Shown here in pieces: positions 58,801 through 64,000 of a stretch of DNA of 64,000 bases (position 1 is its first letter; the number at the start of each line of letters is the position of its first letter). The translations under genes and the position numbers were made by a program. The DNA is from Macrostomum lignano (Eukaryota), in NCBI GenBank assembly GCA_002269645.1, contig NIVC01000206.1:1-64000 (forward strand). The letters are read 5' to 3'. Below the pieces are notes generated by a model, which made no database searches, was not told where the DNA came from, and saw only the letters and a list, made by a program, of their open reading frames with translations.

Positions 58801-61255
58801 CGCCCTCTTTTATCGCGCTCGGCGCAACAACGTCCCCACTCTTGTCCCATCAAAGTCGTGCATGACAACGCCTAGCGAGATTGTTCTTGATCTCCTACAG
58901 GGACACCGACTGCCCATCACGGCTGTCTGCATCAGCGAAGATGGGACCACGGGATTCACCAGCTCGCAGGAGGACACAATTAAAGTGTGGGACTTGACGA
59001 ATAGTAGAGTCGTAAGCACTATTGAAGGCTCGGGCAGTCAGGTACTGTCCATGACGCTTGGCCGTCAGGAATCGGTGTTGATCACATCGGAGTTAACATG
59101 CGTAAAGGTGTACGCAGTGAAGCAAGGCTGTCTGCTTTTCACCATTCCAGTTCAGGATGATCCTTGCTCTATTGTCGTCAATGGAGACACAAACAACTTG
59201 GTTTGCTTTCACCAGGGTATCTGCGTCATGCGCACTTGGAATTTGGAGCGCTTAACTAAGGTCTGCGACAAGACGCTAACAGAGACAGGACTGCACCAGG
59301 ATCGCACCGTGGTTGTCTCTACCCGATGCAACGCAGATTTAGTTCTGTACGGCCTTAGAGGCTCCAATTTCGCTCGTGTTGTCCACTGCCGCAGTGGACA
59401 GGACGTACTAAAGCTGTCCTGTCTTGACAAAGCGTCCCTAGTGACGGCTGTGCAGACCAGTCGCGAGTATTACATTGTAGCTTGCCAGGCTACCGACTTG
59501 CACACTCGCGTGCACATGTTCTTCTTGGAGCTATTTGACACCGGAAAAGGCAAAAGCGTCCGACGCATCAAGGGTTGTTCATCTGACAATGTAGTCGATG
59601 AGCTAATGCTGACTAACATTCAGCAGCACGTGATTTCCTTGAATCCTATGCGAGACAAGAATATGACTGATATTGTGGCATGGAACCTGGAGACCGAAGA
59701 GCACAAACACTTTACTCGTCATCCAGGAATTTCGTCAATTGGTGCTGTTTACGATTTTCGTCGTGTGATCACGGGCTCGCTGGCCGAGAACGCCCTTCGC
59801 ATGTGGAACGTGCAGCAGAACATGCAATCCGCGCCGCAAAAGACCGAAAGCCTCGTAAATCTGGCTGATATAGTTATCGACGCAGGTAACAACCGGTACG
59901 CACTGACAAAACTTTCCGACAATAGCGTAATTCACGCTTGGAGTCTCAGCGCGAATAAATTCTCCGGCAAAGTTGTTAAATCTGCCAAAAGCATCGCTGG
60001 GCCCAATGACATGGTGCTGATGGACAGGCACTTTGTCATTGTTCTAGCAAGACCAGGTTTCTCGCCTAAGGTGCCGAACGCAAAGTTCGTGTACCAGACA
60101 CTAACTATCTTCGATATTCAAAAGCAAAAATTTACTGTCAATTTAAACAACGTACTCATTGTACCGTGCGCCTACGAGGAATATCACGTGATTCATGGCA
60201 ACCAGCTGTTGTGCATGAATGAGTTTCATACCAACTTTTTGGTGTACAGCCTAGAGTCTGGTGAAATTATTCGCCGAATTAAGCCAGAATTCTCGTTTGA
60301 CCCTAACAAGAAGCGGCCGTCCGCCCTGCTCGAGGGTAGCGTGCTGCAGCGCGAAAACGAAATGTTTGAAGAGTTCATCAACAGTCGAAAGCAGACGGTT
60401 TTCATGACACCCTGGGAACGCAGAAACGAGAGCAAATCGGCAAAAACTCGACGCTATCGAAGCGAGTGGGAGGAGAAAAAGCAACGAGCTGACGAGCTTG
60501 AGCAGGAGAAAGGAAACGGCATCGCGGACTTCCTAATTAGCAAGGACCAGTCCACCGTTGTGTCCAGCTTTTTTGCTCACCACATCTGCGTATTCAACTT
60601 GTCGAATGGGACCCAGCAAAGCGTGCTGGAGCATCCCAACGCCCTGCTGCACCTGTTTACAGCGTCGCTTAGTCCCAACGGGCGCTACCTCGCTCATACT
60701 ATCTACAACGAGCAGCAGGAAATGAGCCAGCTGTGCCTCTGGGACTGTCGCACCGGAAAAGTGAAGAAGTCATTCAACGAGGGCGGCGTCGGGGCCGTAG
60801 CTGTCAACAGCGACGCTAGCATTCTCGTCTACGGGACCGACAGAGGCGAGCTGCAGGTACGCGACTGCCGACGCAGCCCAGCCAAAGTCCGCGTGGCCAG
60901 AACCAGCGCCTGTGTGAACTTCCAGCAGAGCAGTCACCGAAACTTCATCCAGTTGTTCCGCGACGATAAATGGGCTTTGATCTACGCCAGGAGCCTGTCA
61001 GTGTGGAACATGCAGAGCCTGGAAATGTTGAGCATCCTGACACCCGATCAGCCGCTGCACTCGATTCGGCTGGCACTGAACGACCAGCTGATTGTGTTCA
61101 GCTCCAAGGACTCAAACGATCCGATCATTCTGAAGATGCTGTCGGCCAATTCAAAGCGACCACAACGAGTCGGCGCGCGCAAGTTCGGCGAGGCGGACTC
61201 GACAGATTCGAGCGAGGACGAAGACATGCCGGTAGAAAGAAGCGCTGACGATTGA
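52810..61255 (+). CDS. NACHT and WD40 repeat protein (NWD1/NWD2-like STAND NTPase), ~1980 aa, 6 exons
   Basis: Exons 52810-52821 (tentative; in-frame ATG also at 52798), 53098-53925, 54357-55208, 55337-55566, 55998-56280, 57518-61255 with phases matching. DUF4062/NPHP3_N-like start (LYVTSSLGDFDAER), Walker A GPSGSGKT, Walker B LVILLD, RKLAELPWHL, and WD40 repeats (GH...IKVWDL). Confidence 0.92.
56372..56742. repeat. 20-bp minisatellite (GGTTACCTCCAGGTGACGTG)n, ~18 copies, NACHT-WD40 intron
   Basis: Direct reading. Confidence 0.97.
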
Positions 61256-61803
61256 CCATTCGACGTTAGGGAAAAACTTGTGAATTAATTATCACCTGTG
61301 GCGCTGTAAACGCTGCTGGATTTTCTATGGTAAAACAAGTTTTCAGTGAATCCCCGTTTCTATTTCGATGTTTTACTTTGTTACTTTGTTTTACTTAAGT
61401 TGCGTGTGTTGAATTCGGTTTACTATTGATTTCTTTGTTTTTTTTCAATCAATAGCTCTTCAGGTCTGTTTTTATTCTCGATATCTGACTGATTAAACTT
61501 CTAATAATTAATTTTAACAAATTGACAGCTCTACAGCTGAACAACCACTCACCAACTCTGCAGTATGATATGAGCAAATATTTTTATGACTTGCGGTGAA
61601 GATGTTCAAGGTTTCTCCGTTGCCTAAATTACCGCAGATAAGTACTGCCTGATTAGATATACTGAATACTTTTATTTTGATAAAATAAATTGAGAAACAA
61701 TTGGAAACGCTTGTAACGTAATGCTATTGCATAAGAATAATATTTATAAGCTGCTAAATAGCTGAGGTGCTAAAAGGTGCTAATATCAGGTGTTATTATC
61801 AGT

Positions 61804-62387
<584 letters not shown>

Positions 62388-63063
62388 TATTTTTAGGTTG
62401 GTACTCGTAGATCGGTGATTTTTACGTGATTCAGCCATGTTGGCCGATGTATGCCTCCCACGTAGAGGTAGAAGAGCTTAAAAACGCATTAGTTTTTCTT
62501 CGTCTTTTCCTGGGAAAAAACTGAGTGCATTGTTTAGTGCTCTTGGATGCGCCAGTATTAAAATTTAATGCCTGGTTGGTTCCCCTTCTGTTGGGGACGA
62601 CACTCTACATTCAGAATTTGTCAAGCATCGGAAAGAAGGGAAGCCCTCCGCTGAGTCTTTCTTTTTCTTTGCCTTTCCAACGTATAACTTCTCTACTCCC
62701 CTGTCCCTTTCAATTGCCTCCTCTCATTGCCTTGACAACAAGGCTAACAACAAACAGGCAGGCGTATTTGCACGAAGAAGAAAAAACTGTAATTTTAAGC
62801 AACTCCTCTTCCATCGGGTAGGCAGACACCGGTACTCTGAGACTCCGGTATTCAGAGAGCGTCTTCTGCCCCAAGTCGCAAATTTTGCTAAGCAGGACCT
62901 AGCCTGTGCAATACAGCAGTCTATCAACAATCAATAATCAATTGAATTCATTCACTGGTGAGTCAGCGTAACTGTGATTCAAGAATTTGATGCTTAGTTA
63001 TCGAACATCAGCGTCTTATTTCGCTATGCTTAATATGCACTAAACTAATTGCAGACCCACACG

Positions 63064-64000
63064 ATGGAGAAGCGACAGCACCTCCTTGTTCTGCTGCTGC
63101 TGCCACTGCTGCCTGTCGTGCTGCTTGCTGTCGCCACTGACCCAGTTGTGGCTAAGAATTACAAGTTCCGCCAAGACCCTGTCTGCCCTCCAGCTGTTGG
63201 GGTTCCAGCCTCAATGACTGTTGAGGGTGTCCAGTCACCCAGGACCTGCTCGATTGAGTGTTCGGTGAGGACCGATTGCGCCGTGTACAGCTTTGTCAGC
63301 GCGTCCAACCAGTGCCAGATGGGCAGCACCGCCGACCTGCTTAACACCTGGTCAACCAGCCCTGGGACGCCCTGCGTGAGCCAGCTGAATCCTCGCCTGC
63401 CGGGCATTCTGACATTCCGATCCAAACTGCTGGCTTTCTTGGACTTTCGCGTTGGTCAGGACAATCTTGTTGGTAGCGCCCAGTTCAAAGTGCAGTCTAC
63501 TTCGTCGGGAGTCACTTTCGTTCCCGGGCAGGGAGCCATGTTCGCCCCCCTGAGCTCGGGAGTGTCCAACTACATCGAGCTGCAGAACAGCGGCGGCCTT
63601 CACACTATCGCTAGTTTGCTTGGACGCGGCAACAACTTCTCCGTGTACGCTCGGATTAACAGGCTGGTTGATGTCGAAGAGCAATGGATCTATCTGCTGT
63701 CTGACTGCGAATCTTACAACCAGCCTAGAGGCGCAATGCTGAACTTCCAAAATAGGACTGGCATTTTTCACAGCATGACCTCCCCTGATGAAATTAAATT
63801 TAGAATAAGCGCCGATATGATGCCGCAACCCCCTGTTGGAGTCACTAATGTTGAAACTTCGATGGGTGTCGTGTTCAGCGACAATGACTTCACCGGAACC
63901 TTCTATAATGGAACTCTGTATAATGTGCAACCATTTAGTCAGAGCGGCTTACCGAACTTCACAGGCCTCCCGGAGTGCATCCGCCTTGGCTACTCTCCGG
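63064..64000 (+). CDS. Secreted protein with PAN/Apple domain and ConA/LamG-like region (partial, open at window end)
   Basis: Hand translation is open to 64000: MEKRQHLLVLLLLPLLPVVLLAVAT (signal), C..TCSIECSVRTDCAVYSFVSASNQCQM (PAN Cys spacing), then KLLAFLDF...NFSVYARI (LamG-like). A probable 5'-UTR intron lies at 62958-63054. Not in the ORF track because it has no stop codon. Confidence 0.75.
   Translation, partial: MEKRQHLLVLLLLPLLPVVLLAVATDPVVAKNYKFRQDPVCPPAVGVPASMTVEGVQSPRTCSIECSVRTDCAVYSFVSASNQCQMGSTADLLNTWSTSPGTPCVSQLNPRLPGILTFRSKLLAFLDFRVGQDNLVGSAQFKVQSTSSGVTFVPGQGAMFAPLSSGVSNYIELQNSGGLHTIASLLGRGNNFSVYARINRLVDVEEQWIYLLSDCESYNQPRGAMLNFQNRTGIFHSMTSPDEIKFRISADMMPQPPVGVTNVETSMGVVFSDNDFTGTFYNGTLYNVQPFSQSGLPNFTGLPECIRLGYSP

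Noticed and set aside
53091-61248. Antisense and alternate-frame ORFs overlapping the NACHT-WD40, GPCR and 172-aa genes
   Set aside because: Expected shadows of GC-rich coding sequence.

Overview
This is a eukaryotic (metazoan) genomic window with GT-AG introns, GC-rich exons and introns filled by locus-specific minisatellites. That style suggests a free-living flatworm such as Macrostomum (inference, not verified). Genes rebuilt by hand from splice sites and reading phases: a 9-exon M14A carboxypeptidase with B-type specificity residue and two apparent 1-nt frameshifts (-); a 3-exon DHHC palmitoyltransferase (-); a 172-aa single-exon orphan (-); a 4-exon signal peptide/LRR/Ig-like/TM receptor (+); an intron-containing tRNA-Tyr(GTA) (-); an intronless rhodopsin-type GPCR (-); a ~1980-aa NACHT-WD40 (NWD1/2-like) protein (+); and a secreted PAN/Apple plus ConA-like protein running off the right edge (+). 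Mobile DNA comprises a CORE-SINE-like fragment, a mariner-type MITE, a decayed mariner, a ~1.07-kb LTR-like element with a tRNA-Leu primer-binding site inside its target-duplication boundaries, and a foldback MITE. The most striking structure is two non-autonomous Helitrons fused head-to-tail over 11 kb, each carrying a different multi-kb satellite. About 20 tandem arrays account for most long ORFs in the supplied track, and those ORFs are artefacts.
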